From contig NC_087469.1 in NCBI RefSeq assembly GCF_036321535.1, positions 13,392,001 to 13,456,000 on the forward strand: 64,000 bases of DNA, read 5' to 3'. The notes beneath the pieces were generated by a model. It searched no databases. It worked only from the letters and a program-made list of their open reading frames with translations, and had not been told where the DNA came from. This DNA is from Camelus dromedarius (Eukaryota). Below are positions 12,459-23,420 of the stretch, in pieces. The stretch's first letter is position 1. Each line of letters begins with the position of its first letter. A program made the translations under genes and the position numbers.

Positions 12459-12619
12459 AGCTCACTCACTTTCTAATTGTGTATATAATATTCAAGTTTT
12501 TAATCTGCTTTTCAGGGTCTTTTTTTTTTTTTTGTCAAATAATATCACCTACTTTATAAGGTTTCATTTGGAGATTAAATATAATAAATTTTAAAAGTTA
12601 GCATACCACTAAAATACCT

Positions 12620-14560
12620 AAAAATGCCCTAAGGAGGCAAAAGACCTGTACTCTGAAAACTATAAGATGCTGATGAAAGAAACTGAAGATAACACAAACA
12701 GAAAGAAATACCATGTTCTTGGACTGAAAGATTGTTAAAATAATCATAGTACCCAAGGCAATCTACACATTCAGTACAAACTATATCAAATTACTAATGG
12801 CATTTTTCACAGAACTGGAATGAGTAATTTTAAAATTTATATGGGAACACAAAAGACCCCAAATAGCCAAAACTATCTTGAGAAAGAAGAATGGAGCTGG
12901 AGGAATCATGCTCCCTGACTTCAGACTATACTACAAAGTCACACTAATCAAAACAGTATGGTACTGGCACAAAAACAAGCACATAGATCAACAGAACGGG
13001 ATAGAGAGTCCAGAAATAAAGTCATGCACTTATGGTCAACTAATCTACAACAAAGGAGAGAAGAATATATGATGGAGAAAAGACAGTCTCTTCAATAAGT
13101 TTGCTGGGAAAACTGGACAGCTACATGTAAAAGAATGAAATTAGAACATTCTCTAACACCATATACAAAAATAAACTCGAACTGAAGAACTAAATGTAAG
13201 GCCAGATACTATAAAACTTCTAGAGGAAAACATAGGCAGAAAACTCTGACATAAATTGCAGCAATATTTTTTTGATCTGTCTCTTAGAGTAGTGGATAAA
13301 AGCAAAAATAAACAAATGAGATCTAATTAAACTTAAAAGTTTTTGCACAGCAAAGGAAACCATAAGAAAAACCAAAAGACAGTCTACTGAATGGGAGAAA
13401 ATATTTGTATACAATAGGACTGTCAAGGGATTAATTTCCAAAGTATACAAACAGCTTATACAGGTCAATATCAAAGAAACAAACCAATCAAAAAATGGGC
13501 AGAAGACCTAAATAGACATTTCTCCAAAGAAAACATACAGAAGGAGGACAGGCACATGAAAAGACACACAATATCACTAATTATTAAGGAAATGCAAATC
13601 AAAACTACAATGTGGTATCACCTGACGTTGGTCAAAATGGCCATTATAAAAAAAAAATAATTAGAATATGAAATGAATATATGTATACATATGCATGACC
13701 TGTACATTGTGCTGTACACCAGATACTGACACACTATAACTGATGGTACTTCAATTTTAAAAATNNNNNNNNNNNNNNNNNNNNNNNNNNNNNNNNNNNN
13801 NNNNNNNNNNNNNNNNNNNNNNNNNNNNNNNNNNNNNNNNNNNNNNNNNNNNNNNNNNNNNNNNNNNNNNNNNNNNNNNNNNNNNNNNNNNNNNNNNNNN
13901 NNNNNNNNNNNNNNNNNNNNNNNNNNNNNNNNNNNNNNNNAGGTGAAAATTTTAAACCAAAAAGACACACGCACCCCCATGTTCACAGCAGCACTACTTA
14001 CAATAGCCAAGACATGAAAGCAACCTAAGTGTCCATCAATAGATGACTGGATAATGAAGCTATGATACACACACACACAAATATACACAATGGAATATTA
14101 CTCAACTGTAAAAAAGAATGAAATAATTTGCAGCAACATGGATGGATCTAGAGACTATCATACTAAGTGATGTAAGTCAGGCAGAGAAAGACAAATATAA
14201 TGTGTTATAATTTATATGTGGATTCTAAAAAAATATACAAATGAACTTATTTACAAAACAAAAATAGACTTACATACTTAAAACAAATTTATGATTACCA
14301 AAGGGGAAGGGGGGAGGGCTAAATTATGAGCTTGGGATTAACAGATACACACTACCATATATAAGACAGACAAACAACAAGGACCTGTTGTAGAGCACAG
14401 GGAACTATATTCAATATCTTGTAATAACCTATAATGGAAAAGAATATGAAAAAGAATCTATCCACATGTCTATATAGATGCAGATATGCATAATTGAATC
14501 ACTTTGCTGTACGCCGGGAACTAACAGAACATTGTAAATCAACCACACTTAAATAAAAAA
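12620..14560 (+). mobile_element. Older artiodactyl L1 (ORF2 3' part plus 3'UTR), interrupted by a nested L1 tip and an assembly gap
   Basis: [32 protein letters not shown] (ORF2). The 3'UTR resumes after the gap and ends with AATAAA and an A-rich tail near 14533-14545. Confidence 0.92.
13765..13940. other. Assembly gap (176 N)
   Basis: Run of N inside L1 sequence. Confidence 1.
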
Positions 14561-14779
14561 ATTTTTTTAAATTTTAAGTTAGTGTGTGGTAAATGTTTAC
14601 TATGAATTGTTAACCTCATATTAGCTACTTAGTCAATCATTTTTCTTATGAGAAGGTTGACAGCCAACCCCTTTCTTTATACCAGTCACCCTCCTATGGA
14701 TGTATATTTTTCTTTAGGAGTATTGACCTGAAGGACACGTAACGATAGAGATTCACAAATAAAAACTAACTGATTAGGT

Positions 14780-15226
14780 TTCTATTTGGAATAGTGATAG
14801 GATATGGATAATTACAAAAGCAACAGACAAATGACATCACAAGCAAAAGACTGAGGGTGTGTAAGGCAACCAAAAAAATGGGAGAGCATTGCAGGTGATC
14901 CAAGGTTATAATTGGAGTGCGTTCTGCCACGCAGATAACGGAGGAACATAGACATTTCCCTCTTTAAGGCGTCCCTTTCTGCTGATCTCGCTGCTGTTGT
15001 TTCACAGCTGGATGTGAATATGACTAATTGCCCCCTCAGAGCTCTCACTGAGCCCCACGCAGGGCTTTCAGGGACCTGAATAAACTTCCAAGGACGTAAT
15101 CCAGGAAGAGGGAGTGTGTACAGGTCTCTTGACTGCACAAGCCCTTTGAGACTCAATTCTTTATAAGTAGGGGAATTAGAGCTCCTGTGGCTGGAGCACT
15201 CCGTGCTCTGCTCAGAAACAGTAAGC
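14780..15226 (+). promoter_or_regulatory. Candidate promoter and first non-coding exon of the OR10D1-like gene
   Basis: Homeodomain-type TAATTR sites (ataattac, ataattgg, ctaattgc), an O/E-type TTTCAGGGA at about 15066, a TATA-like TTATAAG at about 15160 and an ACA|GTAAGC donor at 15221. The acceptor ctttctcacAG lies 2 nt before ATG 17289. Confidence 0.45.
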
Positions 15227-15987
15227 CAGGCAAGGTCTTGTTCTAACACAGGAGAGCCTGAACGTGTTCTCAGATGGACTGTGTGTGTTCAAACTGCTGC
15301 CCGGCTCTCCCTGTTAGCCTCTGCCGCCCACACACCGGGGGCCTCACACAGGGACCTTCCTGGTGCTTGGGGCTTCTTTTTCCTGAAATGGACTGAAAAA
15401 TCAAACAGTATTATAGAATCAGAGATTATCACTGTGTCTGATCATAGGCAAGGACCAAAGACCTGTTACTTTGCTGACCAAGAAGAGGTGACGCAGAGCT
15501 CACAGGACTCTGCATTCTCAGACGCACTGTTCAGGTACGGCCGGAATCAGTAACAAGAAGCAGGCTGTCAGCAGCGTTTCTCCCCCAGAGCAGCGTGGTT
15601 TTCCCCTTTGCTGTCTTCACTTTTGCCCAAATCTGGGGTGTATGTGAGTGACCCGTTTTGACTCGGTCATCCTCTTTTGTCATGTTTTTTAGTGGCCCCT
15701 GCCACACTTCATGATTGGAAGCCTCACATTGAATGTGGCTCTAGGACGTGAAAGCTCCTGTATTGGAGTTGATACTAAGGGATGGTGTCGAAGGGATGGG
15801 AAAAGCCTGTTGTCTCTTCTCTAAAACTAAATGATACACCAACTAGGTGTGCTCTAGAGTCAAGACTGGAAACAAGCAGGAAGAAGGAAGACAAGAAGAC
15901 TTTTCCCACCTTAGTATAAAATGATGATGTGAGCCCACTGCCCAGCAGTGGGACAGGCTGCCTTGGGCAGCACAGTAAACAGAGGGC

Positions 15988-16225
15988 AGAATTTCCTAAT
16001 GGTTAAGGGCACGGACGGTGGACTGAAACAGGTCTGAGTCTTGGCTCTGTCACATACTAGCTTTGTAACCTTGGGGAACTTGCTCCATTTTTCTAAGCTT
16101 CAGTTTTCTGACCAACAGGTGAGAATAATGATAATAGTTTTTTCCTTATAGGTTTATTGAAAAAAAATCATATTTTGTAAGTACTGAGCCCAGTCCTTGG
16201 AACACAGTAAATTTTCATTAAATGG
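15988..16225 (+). mobile_element. Near full-length MIR
   Basis: cctaatggttaagggcacggac...ttggctctgtcacatactagctttgtaaccttgggg...cagttttctgacc...ggaacacagtaa. Confidence 0.85.
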
Positions 16226-17288
16226 TGTATGTGTATTTCTTATTACTGAATGAGTGATGAGAGGAAGAGCCCTGTGCTTCGCAGACACTATACCCTGCTG
16301 TGAATTCTTTAACATCCCTCAGTGGAGCTGTTCTTCAACTTTCTGCCATGTGCGTTAGTGCATTTCTCTTTTTCTCGCAGTAACATGAATTTGATGCTTT
16401 GCTTGCTGTTACTATTTCTTTTGCTTAGTATTTCAGAGTCGCTGTAAGTCCACTTAGAAAAGGTTAAAAGGACCAGAAGAACCAGAGCAGCATCTCCTGA
16501 GAGAGCTGGGGGTATTACAGCTCCCCAGTCTGGAAGGATGTACCCTGAAGAGGATCTGACACAAGTTTCTTTAATAATGTTACTTCATAAAACATTTATT
16601 TGCACATAACTATAGAATAGTAACATTAAAGAAAGTTACTTGAGTACATTTAAGAAACATAAAGGAACACTTTTCATTAGGATTTATGATTTTTGCCAGA
16701 TACTTTCACAGAAATTTCATTAACTTTACCGTGACACCAGGGTATCTCTGTTGTTGGTAAAATAATTATATTTTTCATTTCGTGCAGGATAAAATTATGT
16801 CTATGAAAGATACTGTATAAATTGTCTTTACTATAGCTATTAAGTGGCGAAGCAGGGCTTCAAATCAAGCGTTCTGATTCTAACACAAGTGTTCTGGTAT
16901 CTTTCAGAGGGTACTGCAGAGTGGGAGTTTGCTTCTCAGGGATACAGTGAGAGTTCAAAATATAAGTATGCCTGAAGAGAGTAAATCCATGAATTAAACA
17001 ACTGTAAGAAGGTTTCTAACTTAACATGAGAATGTTTTGAACAGATTCCAAAACTTCTGATCTTGTCACAGAGGGCAGCTCTTTCCGGGAGGTGGACAGA
17101 CTGGCTCTAAAGCAGCCTTTCCTTATTACCTGGGATTTTTATGTAGAGCCTGCCATTCACAAGAAGGTGGTTGTTCCTTGTTAAAAACACAGCCGAAGCA
17201 CTCAATACCGAGAAGCTTAATAATCTGATACTGGCGTTCAGACTTTGGTGTCTCAGGCCCCTCTTCGAGGTCTGACTTTCTCACAGCT

Positions 17289-18245
17289 ATGAGGAATGCC
17301 TCGGTGGTGACCGCGTTTATTCTGCTGGGCATCCCGCACACACACGGCCTGGAGGCCACGCTCTTTGTCCTGTTTCTGTCCTTCTACGTCCTCACGCTTA
17401 TAGGCAACCTGCTCATCCTACTGGCGATTGTCTCCTCCTCTCGGCTTCACACCCCCATGTACTTCTTCCTGTGTAAACTCTCTGTGTGTGACATATTTTT
17501 TCCTTCCGTGAGTTCCCCCAAGATGCTCTTCTACCTCTCAGGGAACAGCCGAGCCGTCTCCTATGCAGGCTGCGTGTCCCAGCTCTTCTTCTACCATTTC
17601 CTGGGCTGCACAGAGTGCTTCCTGTACACGGTGATGGCTTACGACCGCTTTGTGGCTGTATGTCACCCTCTGCGCTACACGATTATCATGAGTCACAGAG
17701 CGTGTGCCATCCTGGCCATGGGGACCTCACTTTTTGGCTGCGTTCAGGCCACCTTTCTAACTACTCTCACCTTCCAGCTGCCCTACTGCGGCCCCAACGA
17801 GGTGGACTATTACTTCTGTGACATCCCAGTGATGCTGAAGCTGGCTTGTGCAGACACCTCGGCCCTGGAGATGGTGGGGCTCATCAGTGTGGGCCTCATG
17901 CCCCTCACCTGCTTCCTCCTCATCCTCACCTCCTACTGTCGCATCGTCTACTCCATCCTGCAGATCCGCTCTGCAGAGGGCCGGCGACGCGCCTTCTCCA
18001 CCTGCAGTGCCCACCTGGCCGCCATCCTGCTGTTCTACATGCCGGTGGTCCTCATCTACCTCAGGCCCACCCCCAGCCCCTGGGTGGATGCAACTGTCCA
18101 GGTCCTGAATAACCTGATCACCCCCATGCTGAACCCCCTGATCTACAGCCTCCGGAATAAGGAGGTGAAATCATTGCTGAGGAGAGTTCTGCGCCCGCTG
18201 GGCTTCCTTCCTGAGCAGCTGTGGAGGTCGGCAGGCGACACCTGA
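17289..18245 (+). CDS. OR10D1: Olfactory receptor, family 10 subfamily D (OR10D1 / mouse Olfr149-like), intact, 318 aa
   Basis: LHTPMYFFL, MAYDRFVAVCHPLRY, AFSTCSAHL and [15 protein letters not shown] motifs. The C-terminal LLFYMPVVLIYLRPTPSPW...GFLPEQL matches my recollection of OR10D1/Olfr149, and it is the first OR after VWA5A. Confidence 0.9.
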   Translation: MRNASVVTAFILLGIPHTHGLEATLFVLFLSFYVLTLIGNLLILLAIVSSSRLHTPMYFFLCKLSVCDIFFPSVSSPKMLFYLSGNSRAVSYAGCVSQLFFYHFLGCTECFLYTVMAYDRFVAVCHPLRYTIIMSHRACAILAMGTSLFGCVQATFLTTLTFQLPYCGPNEVDYYFCDIPVMLKLACADTSALEMVGLISVGLMPLTCFLLILTSYCRIVYSILQIRSAEGRRRAFSTCSAHLAAILLFYMPVVLIYLRPTPSPWVDATVQVLNNLITPMLNPLIYSLRNKEVKSLLRRVLRPLGFLPEQLWRSAGDT

Positions 18246-20896
18246 CCTGCACTTCACAGTTTATAGAACATCTGTGTACGGTTCTCACAAATATTTTTGA
18301 ATCGGAGAGGACAGGTATCATTATGGGTGTCTCCATTTTGCCACGTGGGGACTAAGACGGGAAGAGTTAAAGCGACCTGTTGGAGGACACGCGCGGAGGG
18401 AAGGCTGCAGGGCCGGCTTTCTGACGCTGGGACCCGAGGACGTCCCACGGCTGATGCGGGAAGCGGGGCGCACTCCCCAGCTGCAGTACAGGCGGGCCCT
18501 CGGCTTCTCAGCCCTGTGCTCTTCACCTTCCTGCATCCCCCCTCCCTTTCGTCTTCCCTTCGCCCTGGCGCGTCTTCATCTCAGCCGCAGTGACTGTCTC
18601 CTCCAGGGCCTGCACTGCACAAGCCGTCATTTTACGGGTCTAGGTGCGGTTGGGGAAAGTGGGAGAGGTGGATGCCCAAGGCGACAAGCAGGTCCCTAGA
18701 AAACATGAATACACTGTGCAAAGAGGACTTCAGGCAGGGACCCGAGGCATCTCTCACGAGGGAAGCAGAGGTGCTGGTTACCGTCTCCCCTACAGCCCCG
18801 TCTGTGGGGCTCAGACCTGAAGCAGGCTCCGGCTGTACAAGCGCAGCACGTGGACGGGCCTGGGGGAGGGCCGGTGGGGCAGCCACGGCCGTGACTGCGC
18901 TGTGACGCCGTGCTAGGAACCCGGACCTGGCTCCGCTGTGCGCGGTACAGCCAGGAGGCAATGCTGGGTCCAAGCTGTCATTGTTTCGTATCTTTGGCTT
19001 CTCTGTTCACTGAAAGGGTTTGACTCTGGTCCTCATTCCTACACTTCTTTACTTTTTCGCTGAAATACACTAAGGATGAAGTCTGCTCCTTCAACACAGG
19101 GCACTATTGTCTTCATGACTGAATTCACTGGGAACACAACCACACGTGGGGAATACAGTTGCTGTGAAGATTATTCTAACTGTGATGTAGAGACGGAAGG
19201 ACACTGGAAAGAGGATGATGGAAGAGAAGGGGGTAGAGGCAGAGACCAGTTTCTCCCCTGTCTCTGTACTTCTCAGGATCAGAGAGCAGCCACGGAACCC
19301 GCCAGAGCAGATCAGCAGCACTGCGTGTGCGTCTCCAGGCATGGGGCGGGCTAGCGCTTGCTTCTGGAGCAGAGACAGACTCTTGCCTGGTCACTCCAGC
19401 TCCTAAAAACCCTCTGTGCTGATTCTCCTCTGTTTTTCAGTAAATAAGAACCTAAACAGGAAGGTGAAAATATATCTCAAATGATGTCAAATTTAGTGCA
19501 TCCCAAACCCTTCCTTCTCTAGCCTCTCTGAGTCCATTTGAAGACCTCTTCCCGTTCCTCAATTTCCTGGTTGTAGCTGCTCAGATGGTCAGACTAGAAC
19601 AATTTGTAATAAAAAAAGACGGGACCCAATTCCCTTTCATTTTCACTCATTCAGATGTCATTTGATGAGGAACTCTGTGCTGGGAGCAGGAAATGCAGAG
19701 ATGAAGAAGATGCACTAGCCTACATGAGAGATGTCACAGTCTGCTGGAGAAAAGAAACAGATAAACAACTAGAACATTCCAGGATAAATATTGTGGTCAG
19801 GTGTGAAATAAAACAGAACATGTGGAATATATTTTTATGGGACTGGGGAGGGACCTCACGGAAGGGGTGCTGAACTTCAGGTGTTATTGCTTGTTTTTGG
19901 TTTGAATGAAGTAAAGAATAGGTGAGAAATGCTTTACAGGGAGAAACAACGTGTGTGTGTGCGTGCGCGCGTGCGGTGGGGGGCTGAGCGGTGGTGAGAG
20001 ATAATTCCTTGCATGAGTATCTCTTAACTATTTGTCATCTATGAGTGAATGTCCTTGTAGGAAAACTAAAATTCATCTGACCTGTTTTCAGGGTCCTTCC
20101 TCCAGCTTAGTGCTTTGTTCCCTGGTTGGAGGCCTGTCACAAAGGTGCTGTTTCTCCTTAAACAAACTGACCTCTCTGCCTATCCCGGGGGTTCTAGACA
20201 AGCTGGCAGCTCTCATGTCTTCAGTTAGTGTCTTGAGCTCTCTTTTCACCTAAGCAGGACCCCAGAACGCCAGGCCCAGCCCGGGGTGTGGGGGCCCAGG
20301 CTGATTTTGGTGGTGGAATAAGACTTTTCTGTGTTCTATAATTAAAGGGACACTGTAAGAAGAATTTGGATAGAAAAATGTCAGTGGGAGAAATCCCAAA
20401 TCGGATGACCCATCTAGCAGAGAATTTCATCCACAGGGGCAGAGCAAAGGAAGAGAATCAAAGTCCAGGACCTGGGAGGCCAGAGAAGGACTGCGGGCCA
20501 GAGGACGTTTGGAGAGGAGTGGCTACAGCAGCAGCGGTTCCCGAGACGCTGCATTCAAGCGTGGGCTAGAAAGCGGGTTCCGAGACCTGACCAGGTGGAT
20601 TCTCACTGCTGCTACTCTCTTTGTCACTTGCTCTTCTCTGTCTGGTAATAATAAATAACACCTGTCCACACATCAGTCCAGTTGCCTGCATCCAGTCCTC
20701 ACCCGAGGCCGCACCTCCGTCTAGGGTACTTGCCGCTCCCGCGGTCTGCGTCACCACGCACGTTACCCTTGCACGAACACGGTCTACCGCTGTCTTTCTT
20801 TTCATGAATCTGTAGGTAGCAGGCAGTGGATTTCGGTGCCTTGGGTCCCTAACTTATTGTCACTTTTCCCTCTTTCCAGGATAAAATCTAACTTAT

Positions 20897-21790
20897 ATGG
20901 AGATAAAGAATCACACTTCGGTCAAAGAGTTCACCCTGTCGGGCATCCCACATGCAGAAGGCCAGCAAACTGTGCCCTCTGTTGTGTTCCTCACCTTCCA
21001 CCTCTGCGCTCTGCTAGGAAACCCACTCATCCTGGTGGCTGTGATGTTTGATTCCTGCCTCCACACTCCTATGTGTTTCTTTCTTTGTAACCTCTCTGTG
21101 CTGGATATTGGTGTCTCTGCTGTGAGCACCCCAAAGACGTTCGCCAACCTGCTGGTGAAGAACCGCGTCATCTCCCTGGGGGGCTGCGCGTCCCAGGTCT
21201 TTTGCTGCCACTTCCTGGGCTGCAGTGAGTGCCGGCTCTACACGGTGATGGCCTAGGACTGGTTTGTAGCCATTTGCCACCCACTGCGTTACACCATCAT
21301 CGTGAACCGTCAGGTGTGTGCCGGGATGGCTGCTGGCATCTGGTGTGTGAGCTCTTTTCAAGCCACAATGCTCACTGCACTGACCTTCCACTTGCCATAC
21401 TGTGGGTCTAATGAGATAGACTATTTCTTTTGTGACATCTTTCCTGTTGTCAAATTGGCCTGTGGTGACACCCTCATTATTGAGACAGTGAGCTTCACCA
21501 ACACTAGCCTTCTGCCCACAATGTGTTTCCTCCTCATCCTGACCTCCTATGTCCACATCGTCATCGCCATCCTACAGATGCACACTGCTGAAGGGGGGCA
21601 CAAGGCGGCATCCACCCGTGTTTCCCACCTCTCAGGGGTCACGCTGTTCTTTGGGCCCTGTGCACTCATCTATAGCCAGCCATCTTTGAGCGAGGTTCTG
21701 GTAACCCCAATGCAAATCTTTGGAAATGTCATCACTCCCACACTAAACCCCAACATCTACACTCTGACAAAGATGTCAAGGGAGCCCTGA
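20897..21790 (+). pseudogene. OR family-10 pseudogene
   Basis: Full OR layout in one frame, but MAYDR reads MA*DW (TAG 21254-21256). A 4-nt deletion in LRNK (ctg-ac-aaa-gat-gtc-aag, about 21767) shifts the frame. STC is now STR and PML is PTL. The acceptor ctttccAG at 20878-20879 is retained. Confidence 0.92.
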
Positions 21791-21961
21791 AGAAGCCGGC
21801 TGGGGACCGGCTGTTTCAGAGGCGGTCTCTAGTCCACTTGGGAGTAGAGCTGATTTTTTTCCCTTCCCATTTATGTGTTAATTTGAAAAAAAAAGTATCT
21901 ATGACAGTTGTAAGGTATTTTCTGCCATAGAGACAGGGAAGCAATCCTGATAGAAACCTCT

Positions 21962-22160
21962 GACCTTCAGCAGGCATTTTTCTCTACAGGTCCAGACAGT
22001 AAGTATTTTAGGCTTTGGGGACCATTGATCTCTGCCACAAACACAGAATTCCGGTATGGTAGCACGAAGACAGTCACAGAAAATATGTAAACGAATGAAA
22101 CAAGATGAGGCTTGTTCCAATGAAACGTCAGTTACACAGGCTGCAGGCGGGCTATGCCAT
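21962..22160. mobile_element. MER58A hAT-Charlie element
   Basis: ttttctctacaggtccagacagtaagtattttaggctttgggg...aaatatgtaaacgaatga...cttgttccaatgaaac. Confidence 0.85.
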
Positions 22161-22199
22161 GCAGGGTATAAATTGCTCTGTCACAGATAACGTATTCTA

Positions 22200-23420
22200 G
22201 ATACTAATCTTTTATTGTTAAAATGCACGGCAAATAGTTTTTTACTTTGTGGTTCCTCTCTTTATTAGCTTTAAGGTATTTTTTAATACAATCAATGCCT
22301 TATTTTAACGTGAATGGTTTACCAAATTTTCCCAGTATAATCTCTTTCAGAGTTTTTTGTGTCTTGTTTAGAAGTCATCTATTATCCTTAATTTATGTAT
22401 GTAATTTTTTTACTGTTTTGATTTTCACTTGTAAGCCTTTAATCCATCTGGAATTGACTTTTGTTTGCGATGAGGTAAAAATTCAATTCCTTTCTTTAAA
22501 AAGTATATGAATAGCCAGTTGTCCCAGCGCCATTGATTTAATAGTTCATCACTCTCCCACTGTCCTACAATGCCTCTAATATGCTCTCCTATGATGCCCA
22601 CTCTCTAGGATTCATGTTCTTGTATAATCACTTCCCTTGGATTTAGTGACTTGCTTTTAGTGAATAGAATGTGGCAGAGGTGATGAGATTCCAAAATCAG
22701 GTTATAAAAGACTGGCTTCAATCTTGGGTGTACTGCCCTGTCTTGCTATGTCTTGACTGACTGCCTTGGGAGAAGCCAGCTGTCATGCTGTGAGGCAGAC
22801 CTATGGACAGACCTATGGCTCATCTGCCAAGAGCCATGTGATTAACCTTGGAAGTAAATCTTCCCCAGTCAAGCCTTCAAGAAGATTATAACTCCAGCCA
22901 ACAATTTAACTGCAGCCTCATGAGACTCTGAGCCAGAGCAAACCAGTTAAGCTGTGCCTGCATTACTGACCCACAGAAACTGGAATAATAAATAGTTATT
23001 TTAAACCACTAATGTTTGGAGTAATTTGCTATGCAACAATTGAAACTAGTACATATGATGATCTATATTTTCCATGTCTTTTTTGAGTCTGTTCTAAGTT
23101 GTATCTTTCTAAGATTTTATTCAGTTTATCAGTTTTCAAATTTATTTGAAAATACTTTAATATATCATATAATCTGCTTAGTCCATGTGCTTTTGTCCTA
23201 TTTTCTATTCCTCATGTTGTTTCTATGTGTCATCGCTCTCTTTTTTCCCCACTAATCATCTTTGCAAAGGCATAACTATTTTCTTAGTATTTTCAGAAAG
23301 CCAAAATTTGGCATTGTTGATCCTTTCTCTTTTTATTTTCTCTTGCTCATTAACTTACGCTTTTATCTATTTATTTTTAGTTCTTTGAAAACTATGTGGC
23401 TTTCTGCTACATACAAGATC
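22200..23420 (-). mobile_element. Old L1ME-type fragments split by an MLT1 LTR
   Basis: tttaatccatctggaattgacttttgtttgcgatgagg, ccagttgtcccagcgccatt and ttttcagaaagccaaaatttggc are antisense L1 ORF2. Confidence 0.75.
22575..23053 (+). mobile_element. MaLR solo LTR (MLT1F/G-like)
   Basis: gacttgcttttagtgaatagaatgtggcagaggtgatg...gcagcctcatgagactctgagccagag...tttggagtaatttgctatgcaacaattgaaactagtaca. Confidence 0.88.

Noticed and set aside
9667-14088. ORFs resembling reverse-transcriptase C-terminal peptides
   Set aside because: They are fragments of L1 ORF2, not host genes.
17615-18112. Overlapping alternative-frame and antisense ORFs inside OR genes (also 21014-21556, 25784-26122, 40907-41386, 51282-51775, 62066-62299)
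   Set aside because: These are shadow ORFs of GC-rich OR coding sequence with no recognisable domains. The duplicates simply reflect the converted block.
18118-19406. Many 70-115 aa ORFs downstream of OR10D1
   Set aside because: They are expected from stop-codon depletion in the GC peak, with no homology or splice structure recognised.
20533-20587. Imperfect direct repeat GGTTCC(C)GAGAC about 40 bp apart
   Set aside because: Only two short copies in a GC-rich patch, compatible with chance or a degenerate repeat.
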